From Alphaproteobacteria bacterium (lineage in GTDB: Bacteria > Pseudomonadota > Alphaproteobacteria > GCA-2731375), in contig CBDDBZ010000039.1 of assembly GCA_965225945.1 (NCBI GenBank), positions 160,001 to 224,000 on the forward strand: a DNA stretch of 64,000 nt. The letters run 5' to 3'. Below the pieces are notes generated by a model, which saw nothing but the letters and a program-made list of their open reading frames with translations, had not been told where the DNA came from and searched no databases. The position numbers and the translations under genes are program-made. Positions within the stretch are counted from its first letter, which is position 1. Each line of letters begins with the position of its first letter. This document shows positions 42,704-52,496 of this stretch, piece after piece.

Positions 42704-43677
42704 CGCGCGAGCTCGGCTACATCGAGGCCTTGAACGAGGCGCTGCACCACGAAATGGCGCGCGACGCGAAGGTGATCTTGGTGGGCGAGGACATTCGCGG
42801 CTCCTTCCGGGGCGAGACCAGGGGAATCGAGGCGGCCTTCGGTGCCGACCGGATCATCGACATGCCGGTCTCGGAGGCCGCGATGATCGGCCTCGCCACC
42901 GGCGCGGCGCTGGCCGGCGCCCGCCCGGTGGTGCAGTTCCAGGTCTCTTCCCTGATCTTTCCGGCCTTCGACCAACTGGTCAACCAGGCGGCCAAGCTAC
43001 CCTTGATGCTGGGCGGGCAGGGCCACGTGGCGGCGACCTATCTGGTGATGGGCTCGGGCGCCGCCGGCGGCCGCGCGGGCCAGCACTCCGACAATCCCTA
43101 CGCTTATCTGATCCACGCCGGCATCAAGTCGGTGGCGCCTTCGACGCCGGCCGACGCCAAGGGCTTGACCATCGCCGCGATCCGGGAAGACGATCCGGTG
43201 GCAATCTTCGTGCCGGCGAGCGCCGCCGGGATTCGCGGGCCCGTGGCGGCGGCGGGCGAGCCGATCCCGCTCGGCCGAGGTGTCGTTCGCCGCGTTGGTC
43301 GCGACCTCACCATCGTCGCGGTCGGTCATCTGGTGGCAGACGCGCTGGTCGCGGCCGAGAGCTTGGGCGAGGACGGCATCGAGGCCTGCGTGTGGGAGCC
43401 GCGCTCGCTCCTGCCGCTCGATCGCGACGGCTTGGCAGCGGCGGTCGAGGCGACCGGCCGGGTGGTGATCTTCGACGATTCCGCGCGTAGTTGCGGCTTT
43501 GCGGCCGAGTTGGCGGCGAGTATCGCCGAGCGTTGTCATGGCGCGCTGAAGGCACCGCTGCGGCGCATCACCCGGGCCGACGTGACGATCCCTTACAGCC
43601 GGCCGCTGGAGGCCCGCGTGCTACCGGACCGCGCCCGCCTGGAAGCCGCCGCGCGGGCGTTGGTCGGGGTCGGCTGA
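42700..43677 (+). CDS. TPP-dependent dehydrogenase E1 beta subunit
   Basis: GEDI, DMPVSEAA, DQLVNQAAK, GQHS, PRSLLPLD. Confidence 0.92.
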   Translation: MTRELGYIEALNEALHHEMARDAKVILVGEDIRGSFRGETRGIEAAFGADRIIDMPVSEAAMIGLATGAALAGARPVVQFQVSSLIFPAFDQLVNQAAKLPLMLGGQGHVAATYLVMGSGAAGGRAGQHSDNPYAYLIHAGIKSVAPSTPADAKGLTIAAIREDDPVAIFVPASAAGIRGPVAAAGEPIPLGRGVVRRVGRDLTIVAVGHLVADALVAAESLGEDGIEACVWEPRSLLPLDRDGLAAAVEATGRVVIFDDSARSCGFAAELAASIAERCHGALKAPLRRITRADVTIPYSRPLEARVLPDRARLEAAARALVGVG

Positions 43678-43684
43678 CGCGCTA

Positions 43685-44869
43685 TCAAGCCGCCTCGAAG
43701 ACCAGGGGAAAGCGTTCCAGGCCGCGGATGATGGGGCCGGCGGTGCGGCTCGGCGCTTTGTCGGGGTCGGGGCCGATGTGGCGGAACTTTCGGTCCGCCG
43801 CCTCGGCGAAAATGCGCGCCTCGAGCCGGGCCAGCGGCGCGCCCAGGCAATAATGCACGCCGTAGCCGAAGCCGAGCTGCTTGGTGTTGTCGCGGGCGAT
43901 GTCGAAACGATCCGGCGCCTCGAACACCGTCTCGTCCCGGTTGGCCGCGCCAAATAGCAGCAGCACCCGGGCGCCCTCGGGGATCGTGACGTCGTGCACC
44001 ACCACCTCCTCGGTGAGGGAGCGGAAGAAGAGCTGGACCGGCGTGTCGTAGCGCAACGCCTCCTCGACCATGGCGGGCATGCGCTCGGGATGGCCCCGAA
44101 GCTTGCGCCGCTGGTCCGGGAATTCGAACAGTGCCAGCGCCGCGTTGGTGATCAGGTTGGTGGTGGTCTCGTTGCCGGCGACCAACAGCAACTGGCAGAA
44201 GTTCAGGATCTCCGAATCGGTCAATCGATCGCCGTCGATCTCGGCGTGGGCCAGCAGGCTCACCAGATCCTCCCTCGGCCGGGCGCGGCGGGCCTCGATC
44301 ACCTGGGAGAAATAAGCCCGGAACTCGTTCCACATCGCCTCGACCCGCGCCCGCTCGCGCACCGGGCTCGCGTCGGAGAGGAATTCCACCGACTGGTCCG
44401 ACCAGCGCTTGAGGTCTTCCCGCCGGTCGGGCTCCACCCCCAGCAGCTCGGCGATCACGATCACCGGCAGCGGGAAGGCGAGGTCGGCCACCAGCTCGAA
44501 GGAGCTCTTGGCGATCACCTCGTCCAACAGATCCTCGACGATGGCGCGGATACGATCCTCCAGCCCTTCGATCACCCGGGGGCTGAAGGCCTTGGCGACG
44601 AGGCTCCTGAGCCGGGTGTGGATCGGCGGGTCGAAGGAGATCATCTGGTTGGCCGGCGCGCGGGCCAGACCGATGCCCTCGGCCGAGGAGAACAGGTTGG
44701 CCATCCGCGCCGCCCACTGCACGTCGGCATGGCGGCTCAGGACCCAGAAGTCGCGTTCCTCGTTGTAATAGACCGGTGCTTCGCGCCGGAGCCAGGCATA
44801 GAACGGGTAGGGGTCTTCGCGCGCCTCGGGCGAGAACGGGTCGAAGCAACTGATCTCTCGCGCGAGCAT
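43685..44869 (-). CDS. Cytochrome P450
   Basis: DPPIHTRLR, AGNETT, EEALR (ExxR), FGYGVHYCLG heme motif. Confidence 0.96.
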   Translation of the reverse strand: MLAREISCFDPFSPEAREDPYPFYAWLRREAPVYYNEERDFWVLSRHADVQWAARMANLFSSAEGIGLARAPANQMISFDPPIHTRLRSLVAKAFSPRVIEGLEDRIRAIVEDLLDEVIAKSSFELVADLAFPLPVIVIAELLGVEPDRREDLKRWSDQSVEFLSDASPVRERARVEAMWNEFRAYFSQVIEARRARPREDLVSLLAHAEIDGDRLTDSEILNFCQLLLVAGNETTTNLITNAALALFEFPDQRRKLRGHPERMPAMVEEALRYDTPVQLFFRSLTEEVVVHDVTIPEGARVLLLFGAANRDETVFEAPDRFDIARDNTKQLGFGYGVHYCLGAPLARLEARIFAEAADRKFRHIGPDPDKAPSRTAGPIIRGLERFPLVFEAA

Positions 44870-44904
44870 TCTCGCCCCTCCCTGTCGTTGGGGGCCCCGT
44901 GGCT

Positions 44905-45351
44905 TCAGCCGAGATCCGCCAGCACCTCGGCCGGATGATCCGCCGGCGCCACCTCGGGATAGACCTTGGCGACCCGCCCCTCCGCATCGAGCAAATAGCT
45001 GATCCGTCGAGCCCTCGGCGCATCGGGGCCCTCGATTGCGCCATAGGCGAGACTCATCGACTTATCGACGTCGCACAACAGGTCGAAGGGGAAGGAGAAC
45101 TTGTCGCGAAAATGCTTGTTCTCCGCTTGGCTATCGCAGCTTATCCCGACGATCACGGCGTTCTTGGCCTCGAATTCGGGGGCTCGATCACGGAACCCCT
45201 CGCCTTCGCGGGTTCACCCGCGGGTGTCGGCCTTGGGATACCACCAGAGGACCACGTTGCGCCCGCCGAGGCTCGCCAGCGAGACGGTCTCGCCGTCCTG
45301 ATTTGCCACGGCGAAATCGGGGGCCGGATCCGAAACGTTCAATAGCGCCAT
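44905..45351 (-). CDS. BCP/PrxQ peroxiredoxin selenoprotein (148 aa, Sec46, TGA at 45214-45216)
   Basis: Read-through joins MALLNVSDPAPDF...WYPKADTRG-U-TREGEGFRD to ORF 44905-45156; U sits at the peroxidatic Cys of the PxxxTxxC motif. Confidence 0.9.
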
Positions 45352-45428
45352 CTCTCGCTCCCTGAAGCGGTCGCCTCGAACACCTCGCGGCGACCGGGCC
45401 GCCATTCTTTCCGCCAGCTGCGAATACT

Positions 45429-46319
45429 TCAAGGCCAATCCACTTCGTCGATTCCGACCAGGCGGCTGGGGGCCGCCAGCTCGGCGGCGGTATTGGCGAG
45501 GGCGAAGTCGGCCGCCACTCTCGGGGCTTCGGCGCCGAGCCGCGCCCGCAGGTAGGAGGCGAGGAAGACGTCGCCCGCACCGGTCGGGTCCAGGGTGTCG
45601 ACGGGGGTGCACTCGAGGCGGTGCACCGCGCCCTCGGCGGCGAGCACGATGCCGTCGAGCGAACAGGTGATCAACACCTCCATCGCCGGATGGCGCGCGG
45701 CCAGGCGGCCGGCGGCGAGCATGGGATCGTCGTCGCCGACGATCAACGCGGCTTCCCCCCTGTCGGCCTTCAGGATCGCGCAGGCCGGCAGCAGCTCGGC
45801 CAGCCGCTCCGAGAGCGCCGGCACCACCCGGCCGGCGGCGATCGCGCGGGTATAGCCCTGCGCGTCGAGGGCAATTCTGGCGCCGCTGTCGAGCACCGCG
45901 GCGATCCCGTCCGGCGCGATGTCGTCGGGATGGAGCGGGCCCAGATGCACGAAGTCGGCGCCGGCGATCGCCCGGGCGATGGCCGGCGCGCGAATCGGCG
46001 CCGCCACGTGACCGACCCGCTGGCTGCGCGCGCCCTCGGCGTCGTAGTCGTTATGGAAGACCGTGGTCGCGGCGTCGTCCTGGCCGTGGAGCGCGATGCC
46101 GCGCGCCGCCAGCGCGGCGCGGAGCTTGGAATCGCCGGGCGCGAGGCAGGTGGCGATCGCGGTCTCGACGCCGAGGCCGGCCAGGATCGCGGCGGCATGC
46201 CAGACCACGCCGCCGATCTGCGTCGCCCTTCGGCCCTCGAGCGTCACCACGTCGCGGGTGAGCGAGCCGACGACGGCGACGCGGTGGCGGGCGGGCGGGG
46301 TGGTGGAATTGTCGGACAT
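45429..46319 (-). CDS. PfkB family carbohydrate kinase
   Basis: VVGSLTRD, IGG, C-terminal DPTGAGDVF. Confidence 0.88.
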   Translation of the reverse strand: MSDNSTTPPARHRVAVVGSLTRDVVTLEGRRATQIGGVVWHAAAILAGLGVETAIATCLAPGDSKLRAALAARGIALHGQDDAATTVFHNDYDAEGARSQRVGHVAAPIRAPAIARAIAGADFVHLGPLHPDDIAPDGIAAVLDSGARIALDAQGYTRAIAAGRVVPALSERLAELLPACAILKADRGEAALIVGDDDPMLAAGRLAARHPAMEVLITCSLDGIVLAAEGAVHRLECTPVDTLDPTGAGDVFLASYLRARLGAEAPRVAADFALANTAAELAAPSRLVGIDEVDWP

Positions 46320-46337
46320 CACCGGGCCTCTCGCGAT

Positions 46338-46508
46338 CTAGCGCGCGCGGAGTCGCTCGCCGGGCTCGACCGGCTGGCCGCCCCAACGCCGGGAGATGGC
46401 GAGGCCGAGGAGCCCGGCTTCCGCCAGCGCGCGCCAGAGATCGGGAGGAAAGCGACTCTCGCGCCACGGCCCGGGCCGGCCGGCGACCCGCTCGACCAGT
46501 TCGCTCAT
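46338..46508 (-). pseudogene. N-terminal remnant of an acyl-CoA dehydrogenase
   Basis: FPPDLWRALAEAGLLGLAISRRWGG then a stop after 56 aa; start overlaps the SDR stop. Confidence 0.6.
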
Positions 46509-47350
46509 GGCCCGCTCGACACTTGATCCGGGTGATAGACCTTGATCGGCCGGTACGACTTGTAGATCTCCCTCTGGTCGGCCCACATCACGCCGGTGGC
46601 GGCGCCCCCGTCGACGACCAGCGTCTGGCCGGTGACGAAGCTCGAGCGGTCGCTGGCCAGAAACAGCGCCATCTGGGCGATATCGTCGGGCCGCCCGACC
46701 CGGGGGATCGGCTGCCGCGTGGCATAGTCGGCGAGACGCTCCTCGATCAGCGAATCGGGCCGCCCGACCGTGTTGGCGGCCAGCGGCGTCGCGATATAGC
46801 CGGGGCAGATGCAGTTGACGCGGATGTCGTGCTCGCCCAGCTCCATCGCCACCAGTTTGCTCAGATGCACGACGGCGGCCTTGGCGGCGGAATAGACGAT
46901 CGGCCCCCGCCCCGCCGTCACCCCGGCGATGGAGCCGGTATTGATGATGCTGCCGCCGCCGCGGCGCTTCATGACCGGAACCGCGTGCTTCATGCCGAGG
47001 AAGACGCCGCGTACCAGCACGTCGAAGGTCATGTCGAACTCGTCGAGGGGGATCGCCTCGATGGGGCCCAGCACGCCGCCGAAGCCGGCGTTGTTGAAGA
47101 TGCAATCGAGCCGCCCCCAGGTCTCGACCGCGGCGGCGATCGCGGCGGCGATCTGGTCCTCCCGGCGGACCTCGACCTGGGCGAAGATCGCCGCCTCGCC
47201 CAATTCCTCGACCAGCGCCCTGCCGCGTGTCGCTTGCATGTCGGCGACCACGACGCGCGCGCCCTCGGCGAGGAAGAGCCGCGCCGTGGCCGCACCGATG
47301 CCGCTCGCCCCGCCGGTGATGAGCGCGACCTTGCCGTCCAGTTCCGCCAT
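46505..47350 (-). CDS. Short-chain dehydrogenase/reductase
   Basis: TGGASGIG, NNAG, YSAAK, VNCICPG. Confidence 0.95.
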   Translation of the reverse strand: MAELDGKVALITGGASGIGAATARLFLAEGARVVVADMQATRGRALVEELGEAAIFAQVEVRREDQIAAAIAAAVETWGRLDCIFNNAGFGGVLGPIEAIPLDEFDMTFDVLVRGVFLGMKHAVPVMKRRGGGSIINTGSIAGVTAGRGPIVYSAAKAAVVHLSKLVAMELGEHDIRVNCICPGYIATPLAANTVGRPDSLIEERLADYATRQPIPRVGRPDDIAQMALFLASDRSSFVTGQTLVVDGGAATGVMWADQREIYKSYRPIKVYHPDQVSSGP

Positions 47351-47407
47351 CCGTATTTCCTCCCTCGCTGGAGCGCTTCAGGTTTGCAGCGAATCGCCGG
47401 GCGCCGA

Positions 47408-48166
47408 TCAGAAGGCGTAGCGCCGGGCGCCGCCGTCGACGTGGATCACCTGGCCGGTGATATAGCGGGCACGGGGCGAGCAGAGGAAGGCCACCAACAC
47501 CGCCAGATCCTCGGCCTCGCCGATGTAGCCGGCCGGGCAGTTGGCCTCGACCCAGGCGCGCTGGGCCGCCTCCGTCGGCAACAGGCGTTGGTCGATCTGC
47601 TCGGAATGAATGCGCCCCGGCGGGATCGAGTTGATGGTGACGCCATCGCCCCCGACCTCGCGGCTCAAGGCCTTGGACCAGAGGTGGATGGCGCCGTTGG
47701 GCGGCACCGCCGCGTTCATGCCCGCCGGTTCGTCCCCGCCGGTTACGTTGACGATGCGCCCGAAGCCCCGCGCGCGCATCGCCGGCACGAAGGCGTGAGC
47801 CAGTCGGCGCGCCGAGATGTAGTTGAGCTCCATCGCCTCCGACCACTCTTCTTCCTCGCCCAAGCCCTGCATCGGTCGCGAGCCCCCGGCGTTGTTGACC
47901 AGGATGTCGAGGTGGCCGAAGTGTCCCTCGACCGCCGCCTGGACGCGCGCCGCCATGCCCTCGCTGGTGAGGTCCTCGACGATCATCGCCGGGCGTTCGG
48001 CGCCGCCGGCGGCGATGGCGTCGGCAACCTCCGCCAGCAGGTTTTCGCGCCGCGCGAGGATCGCCACGCGGCAACCCTCCGCCGCCAGCAGCTCGGCGAT
48101 GGCGCGGCCGATGCCGATGCTGGCGCCGGTGACGAGGGCGGTCTTGCCCGTCAATCGAAGCTCCAT
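47408..48166 (-). CDS. Short-chain dehydrogenase/reductase (atypical, no YxxxK)
   Basis: TGASIGIG, VNNAGG, TINSIPPG; catalytic region reads AVPPN. Confidence 0.88.
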   Translation of the reverse strand: MELRLTGKTALVTGASIGIGRAIAELLAAEGCRVAILARRENLLAEVADAIAAGGAERPAMIVEDLTSEGMAARVQAAVEGHFGHLDILVNNAGGSRPMQGLGEEEEWSEAMELNYISARRLAHAFVPAMRARGFGRIVNVTGGDEPAGMNAAVPPNGAIHLWSKALSREVGGDGVTINSIPPGRIHSEQIDQRLLPTEAAQRAWVEANCPAGYIGEAEDLAVLVAFLCSPRARYITGQVIHVDGGARRYAF

Positions 48167-48312
48167 GATGGCCTCTCCCATACCAACCGCCATAAATGGC
48201 GACTTCCAGCCGCCCCGCTACCTCGGCCAAACGACCGAAGGATACCATGCACGGGTAGTTTGCTGGGGGAGCCGGGCGGCCGGACCCTTTGCCATACCTT
48301 CCTCTCGGAGTT

Positions 48313-49515
48313 TCAGGCCGAGGTGTCGGCGCGGCGGCGGATGGCCAGCCAGGCGAGGCCCGCGAGGACGATGCCCATCGCCGGCAAGGCGGCGCCGTTG
48401 ACCGCGATCCAGCCGATCTCGCTGTAGAGCGCGCCCGACCCGAAGGCCGCGATCGCGGTCGTCGAGAAGACGATGAACTCGTTGGCGGCCTGAGTCTTGG
48501 CCCGTTCCTCAATCGTATAGGCCTCGGTCAGCAGTGCCGTGGCGCCGACGAACATGAAATTCCAGCCGAGGCCCAGAGCCACGAGCCCGGTCCAGAAATT
48601 GAAGAAGTCGATTCCAACGATGTTGGTGGTGAGGCTGATCGCCAGCAACCCACCGCCGAGCGCGATAATGCAGGTCACGCCGAAGCGCTGGATCAGGTGG
48701 CCGGTGAAGAAGCTGGGCGCATACATCGCCAAGATATGCCATTGGATGACCGTCGCGGTCTGGTTGAAAGCGAAGCCGTGGCCGGTCATCGCCAATGGCG
48801 TCGCCGTCATCACCAGGATCATCGAAGCATAGGCAATTGCCGCCGCCAGCACGGCGACGAGGAAGACGGGTTGGCGGGCAATGACGTGAAGCGGCCTTCC
48901 GCTACTCGCGCGCTGTTCCGCCGTCAGCCCGGGAATGCGCAAGCCTTGCAGAGTCGCCAGCGCGACGAGCCCCAGCACGACGACCACCGCGTAGCAGCCG
49001 GCATAGAGGTACCCCATGAACAACTCGGTGGACACCTTGGCCAGCTCGCCGCCCACTATCGCCGCGACCACACCGCCCGCCAGCACGAGCGAGATCGCCT
49101 TGCTCTTGAAATCCTCCGGCGCCGTATCGGCCGCCGCGAAGCGGTAGTATTGAATGAAGGATTGTGCAAAGCCGGTAAGGATGCAGGAGAGCGCGAAGAG
49201 GCTGAAACTGGCGCTCAGGATCGCGACGAACCCCAGCGCGCCACCGGCCGCGTAAAGCACTGCGCCGAGCGAGAGACCGGCGCGACGGCCATAGCGGCGC
49301 ATCAGTTGCGCGGCCGGAATGGTCATGCACATCGTCGCCGTCCACTGGAAGGCGATCGGCAGGGTCGCCAACGACTTGTCGTCGGCCAGGATCTGCCCGA
49401 CCAGCGCGGCGACCGCGATCAGTATTGTGTTACCGGAGCTGGCGAGGGCCTGGCAGCTCGCCAGCAGCAGGACGTTGCGTCGAGGTGGATCGGTAAAATA
49501 GGCCGCCAGCGCCAT
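48313..49515 (-). CDS. MFS transporter
   Basis: About 12 TM segments, YYRFAAAD, IQWHILAMYAPS. Confidence 0.9.
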   Translation of the reverse strand: MALAAYFTDPPRRNVLLLASCQALASSGNTILIAVAALVGQILADDKSLATLPIAFQWTATMCMTIPAAQLMRRYGRRAGLSLGAVLYAAGGALGFVAILSASFSLFALSCILTGFAQSFIQYYRFAAADTAPEDFKSKAISLVLAGGVVAAIVGGELAKVSTELFMGYLYAGCYAVVVVLGLVALATLQGLRIPGLTAEQRASSGRPLHVIARQPVFLVAVLAAAIAYASMILVMTATPLAMTGHGFAFNQTATVIQWHILAMYAPSFFTGHLIQRFGVTCIIALGGGLLAISLTTNIVGIDFFNFWTGLVALGLGWNFMFVGATALLTEAYTIEERAKTQAANEFIVFSTTAIAAFGSGALYSEIGWIAVNGAALPAMGIVLAGLAWLAIRRRADTSA

Positions 49516-49562
49516 TACCGCCGCCTATCGCCCGGAACGGTCAGGACTCGCGTCGATTGGTA

Positions 49563-50507
49563 TCACTCCGCCGCCGCGCCGGCCGCTTGGGCGCCGTAGA
49601 CCGGCGTGCGCCACTCGCCGTGATCGGGGATCGTGCCGCGCACCAATGCCTCGTAGTGCTCCCAGAGGCCGGCGGTAATGGGTCCGATCTCGCCCTCGCC
49701 GACGGGAATCGAATCGACCGAGACGATTGGGTGCACCTCGTAGGTCGAGCCGCAGAAGAACAGCTCCTCCGCGATGTAGAGCTCGGTCCGGTCGATCGGC
49801 CGCTCGACCGGAGCGAGGGCGAACTTTTCCGCCAGCGCGCGCAGCAGGGTGTCGCGGGTGACGCTCTCCAGGATGCCGGCGGTGATCGGCGGCGTCACCG
49901 GCTGACCGTTTCGGATCATGATGATGCAGGCGCCCGCGCCCTCCGCCACCTTGCCGTCGGGGGTGAGGAAGATCGCCTCGTCGTAGCCGCCTTCGCGCGC
50001 CTCCATCAGGCCGAGGCGGCCGTTCTGGTAGTTGGCGGCGCTCTTCAGCCGGCCCGGCACGCTGGCATCGTCGATCCGCCGCCACGAGGTGACCATGGCG
50101 CGGGTCTTCTTCGCCTCGAAGCTCATGGGCGAGCCCGGCTCGGTGCCGCACATGAGGCCTAGCGGGCCCCGCGCGTCCATGAAGCCCTCGCCCAGCACGT
50201 AGGCCGAGAGGCGGATACCGACGTCGCCGCGGTGAGCATTGGCGCGCAACGTGGCGAGCACCGTCTCCTCCAGCTCGGCGAGCGCGGGGATCTCCGCATA
50301 GCGCATCACCTTCATGCCGTCCCTGAGGCGCTCCAGATGCTCGCGGAGGCGGAAGATGTAGAGTTCCTGGAGATCGCCGTTCCAATAGGCCCGGATGCCC
50401 TCGAAGAGGTGCACGGCGAAGCGGACCGCGGGCGAGTAGACATGGACCTTGGCTTCGGCGAACGGCACCAACTCGCCGTCCAAATGGATGAATTCGGCGT
50501 CCGTCAC
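49563..50507 (-). CDS. Class IV (branched-chain/D-amino acid) aminotransferase
   Basis: FEGIRAY, FRLREHLERL, LKSAANY, GILESVTR; GTG start after GAGGAG. Confidence 0.9.
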   Translation of the reverse strand: MTDAEFIHLDGELVPFAEAKVHVYSPAVRFAVHLFEGIRAYWNGDLQELYIFRLREHLERLRDGMKVMRYAEIPALAELEETVLATLRANAHRGDVGIRLSAYVLGEGFMDARGPLGLMCGTEPGSPMSFEAKKTRAMVTSWRRIDDASVPGRLKSAANYQNGRLGLMEAREGGYDEAIFLTPDGKVAEGAGACIIMIRNGQPVTPPITAGILESVTRDTLLRALAEKFALAPVERPIDRTELYIAEELFFCGSTYEVHPIVSVDSIPVGEGEIGPITAGLWEHYEALVRGTIPDHGEWRTPVYGAQAAGAAAE

Positions 50508-50649
50508 GTTTCTCCTCCTCGAGATTTTGTCACCACGCTGGCGCGTGGCATGGCCCGGCCGGCCCGCCGCGCGAGCGGCGATCATCGAAGACTCCGGCCG
50601 GGGGAGAGGCCGGCTCCGGCGACTTTCGAGTCAAGCCCAGCCCCCGGGA

Positions 50650-51615
50650 TCAGCCGGCGAGCTCCGGCACGATCCAAAGCGGCGCCTCGCCGCGCTCGAC
50701 GCGCGCGACGTTGTCGAAGGCGTTGCGGAGCCGCGCGATGTTGCTCTCCTGGGTCGGGCCGGCGAGATGCGCGCTCAGCGTCACGTTGTCGAGCGCGAAC
50801 AGGGGATTGTCGGGCGCCGGCGGCTCCTGCTCGTAGACGTCGAGCCCGGCGCCCCAGATCCGCCGCTCCCTGAGCGCCTCGATCAGCGCGGCCTCGTCCA
50901 CCACCGGGCCCCGGCTGGTGTTGACCAGGATCGCCGAGGGCTTCATCAACGCCAGCTCGCCGGCCCCGATCAGGCCGCGGGTCGACTCGTTCAGCGCCAC
51001 GTGCAGCGAGACGACGTCGCTTTCCATCAGCAACTCCTTCAAGAGGCGATAGCGGACGTCGAGCGCGTCCTCCTCCGCCTCGGTGAGCCGGCGGATGTCG
51101 TGATAGACCACCCTCATCCCGAAGGCTTGCGCCAGGCGGGCGGTCTTCTTGCCGATATTGGAGAAGCCGATGATGCCGAGCCGCTTCTCGCGCACCTCGT
51201 GCAGGTCGGGCGAGGCGTTGCCGCGCCAGCGCCCGCTTCTGACGTCGTCGTGCTGGCGCACCAGTTGGCGCGAGGCCGCCAGCATCAGCAGGATCGCGTG
51301 CTCGGAGACGGCGACCGAATTGGCCCCGCCGTTGTTGGCCAGCGGCACGCCCGCGGCCCGCGCGGCATCGAGATCGGCGGCGTCGTAGCCGGCGCTCAAG
51401 ACCTGCACCAGCTTGAGCCGGGGCGCGGCCCGGTAGAGCTCGTCGCGCACCAGGGCGGCGACGAAGCCGACGAGATATTCGGCCGTGGGAAGGGCGGCCT
51501 CGTATTCCGGGCCGCCGCCCTGGACGAGCGAGAGCTCGAAGCCCGAGGGCGCGATCCGCCGCGCCAGTTCGCTGTCCGTCAACGGGCTGTCGACGAAGAC
51601 GATATGTCCGCTCAT
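50650..51615 (-). CDS. D-2-hydroxyacid dehydrogenase family
   Basis: AVSEHA, GIIGFSNIG, VNTSRG, AGLDVYEQEP, AHLAG. Confidence 0.92.
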   Translation of the reverse strand: MSGHIVFVDSPLTDSELARRIAPSGFELSLVQGGGPEYEAALPTAEYLVGFVAALVRDELYRAAPRLKLVQVLSAGYDAADLDAARAAGVPLANNGGANSVAVSEHAILLMLAASRQLVRQHDDVRSGRWRGNASPDLHEVREKRLGIIGFSNIGKKTARLAQAFGMRVVYHDIRRLTEAEEDALDVRYRLLKELLMESDVVSLHVALNESTRGLIGAGELALMKPSAILVNTSRGPVVDEAALIEALRERRIWGAGLDVYEQEPPAPDNPLFALDNVTLSAHLAGPTQESNIARLRNAFDNVARVERGEAPLWIVPELAG

Positions 51616-51699
51616 GTCTTGCTCCTGCCCACCACGACGAGGGGCGGGGGCTCGCTTCCGCCGCCCGCCCCCCCCCCCCCCCGAGGCCTCGAGCCTCGC

Positions 51700-52395
51700 C
51701 TACTCGGCCGCCTGGCCCACCGCCTCGAACAGGCTGCCTGCGTGGAAGCCGCGGCGCTGCAGGTTGGCGACGAACTCGTCCTCGAAGTTGGCCGGGACCG
51801 AGCCGGTCACCAACGGGTTCGCCAGCAACGCGTCCGACCAGGCCTGGAGCCGCGGAAAGTCACGCAACAGACCGGTCTGGAGCTTGGCCTCGACGAAGGC
51901 GAAACGTTGCAGGAAGGGCGCGTAGGCGGCGTCGACGAGGCTGAGCCGGTCGTCGTTGAAGTAGGGGCCGTCGCCCTCGCGCTCGGTGCCGAGCGCCTCC
52001 TCCAGCTTGGTCAGCCGGGCCGGCGCCTTGGCCAGGCCGGCCTCCGTCTCCTCGGGCGTCTCGGCGTAGTAGACACCGCTGAGCGCCGGCGAGAAGTCCG
52101 GCACGAAATCGGTCCAGGCCCGGTTGCGGGCCCGCTTGAACGGGTCCTCCGGGTGCAGCCTCGGCGCCACGACCTCGTCGAGATACTCGGCGATGGCGTT
52201 GGATTCGAACAGCGTCCGGCCGTCGACGTTCAGCACCGGCACCTTGCCGTGCGGGGAGATCTCCAGGAACCACTCGGGCTTTTCCCGGAGATTGATGTAG
52301 GTCACCTCGAACTCGATATCCTTGGCACGCAACACGATCACGGCGCGCTGGACCCAGGGTCAGGTGACGGAGCTGATCAGGTGATATTTGGTCAT
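51700..52395 (-). CDS. Glutathione S-transferase selenoprotein (231 aa, Sec12, TGA at 52360-52362)
   Basis: Upstream in-frame extension MTKYHLISSVT-U-PWVQRAVIVL with GAGGA RBS; U at the C of the CPW/CPY active site; SPHGKVPVL and FESNAI motifs. Confidence 0.88.
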
Positions 52396-52496
52396 GGTCA
52401 TGTCCTCGGCTAGCCCGCCGACGGGCGGGCGAGACGAGCATAAGCCCCGTTGCGCGCGTGGTCAAAACGCCTTGGCGCTGGCCCTCGGCGCCGGCC

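Noticed and set aside
51667-51682. Poly-C tract (and poly-G at 34375-34385) as phase-variation switches
   Set aside because: Both are intergenic; the poly-C is part of a GC hairpin, and homopolymer length may be a sequencing artefact. No supporting evidence.
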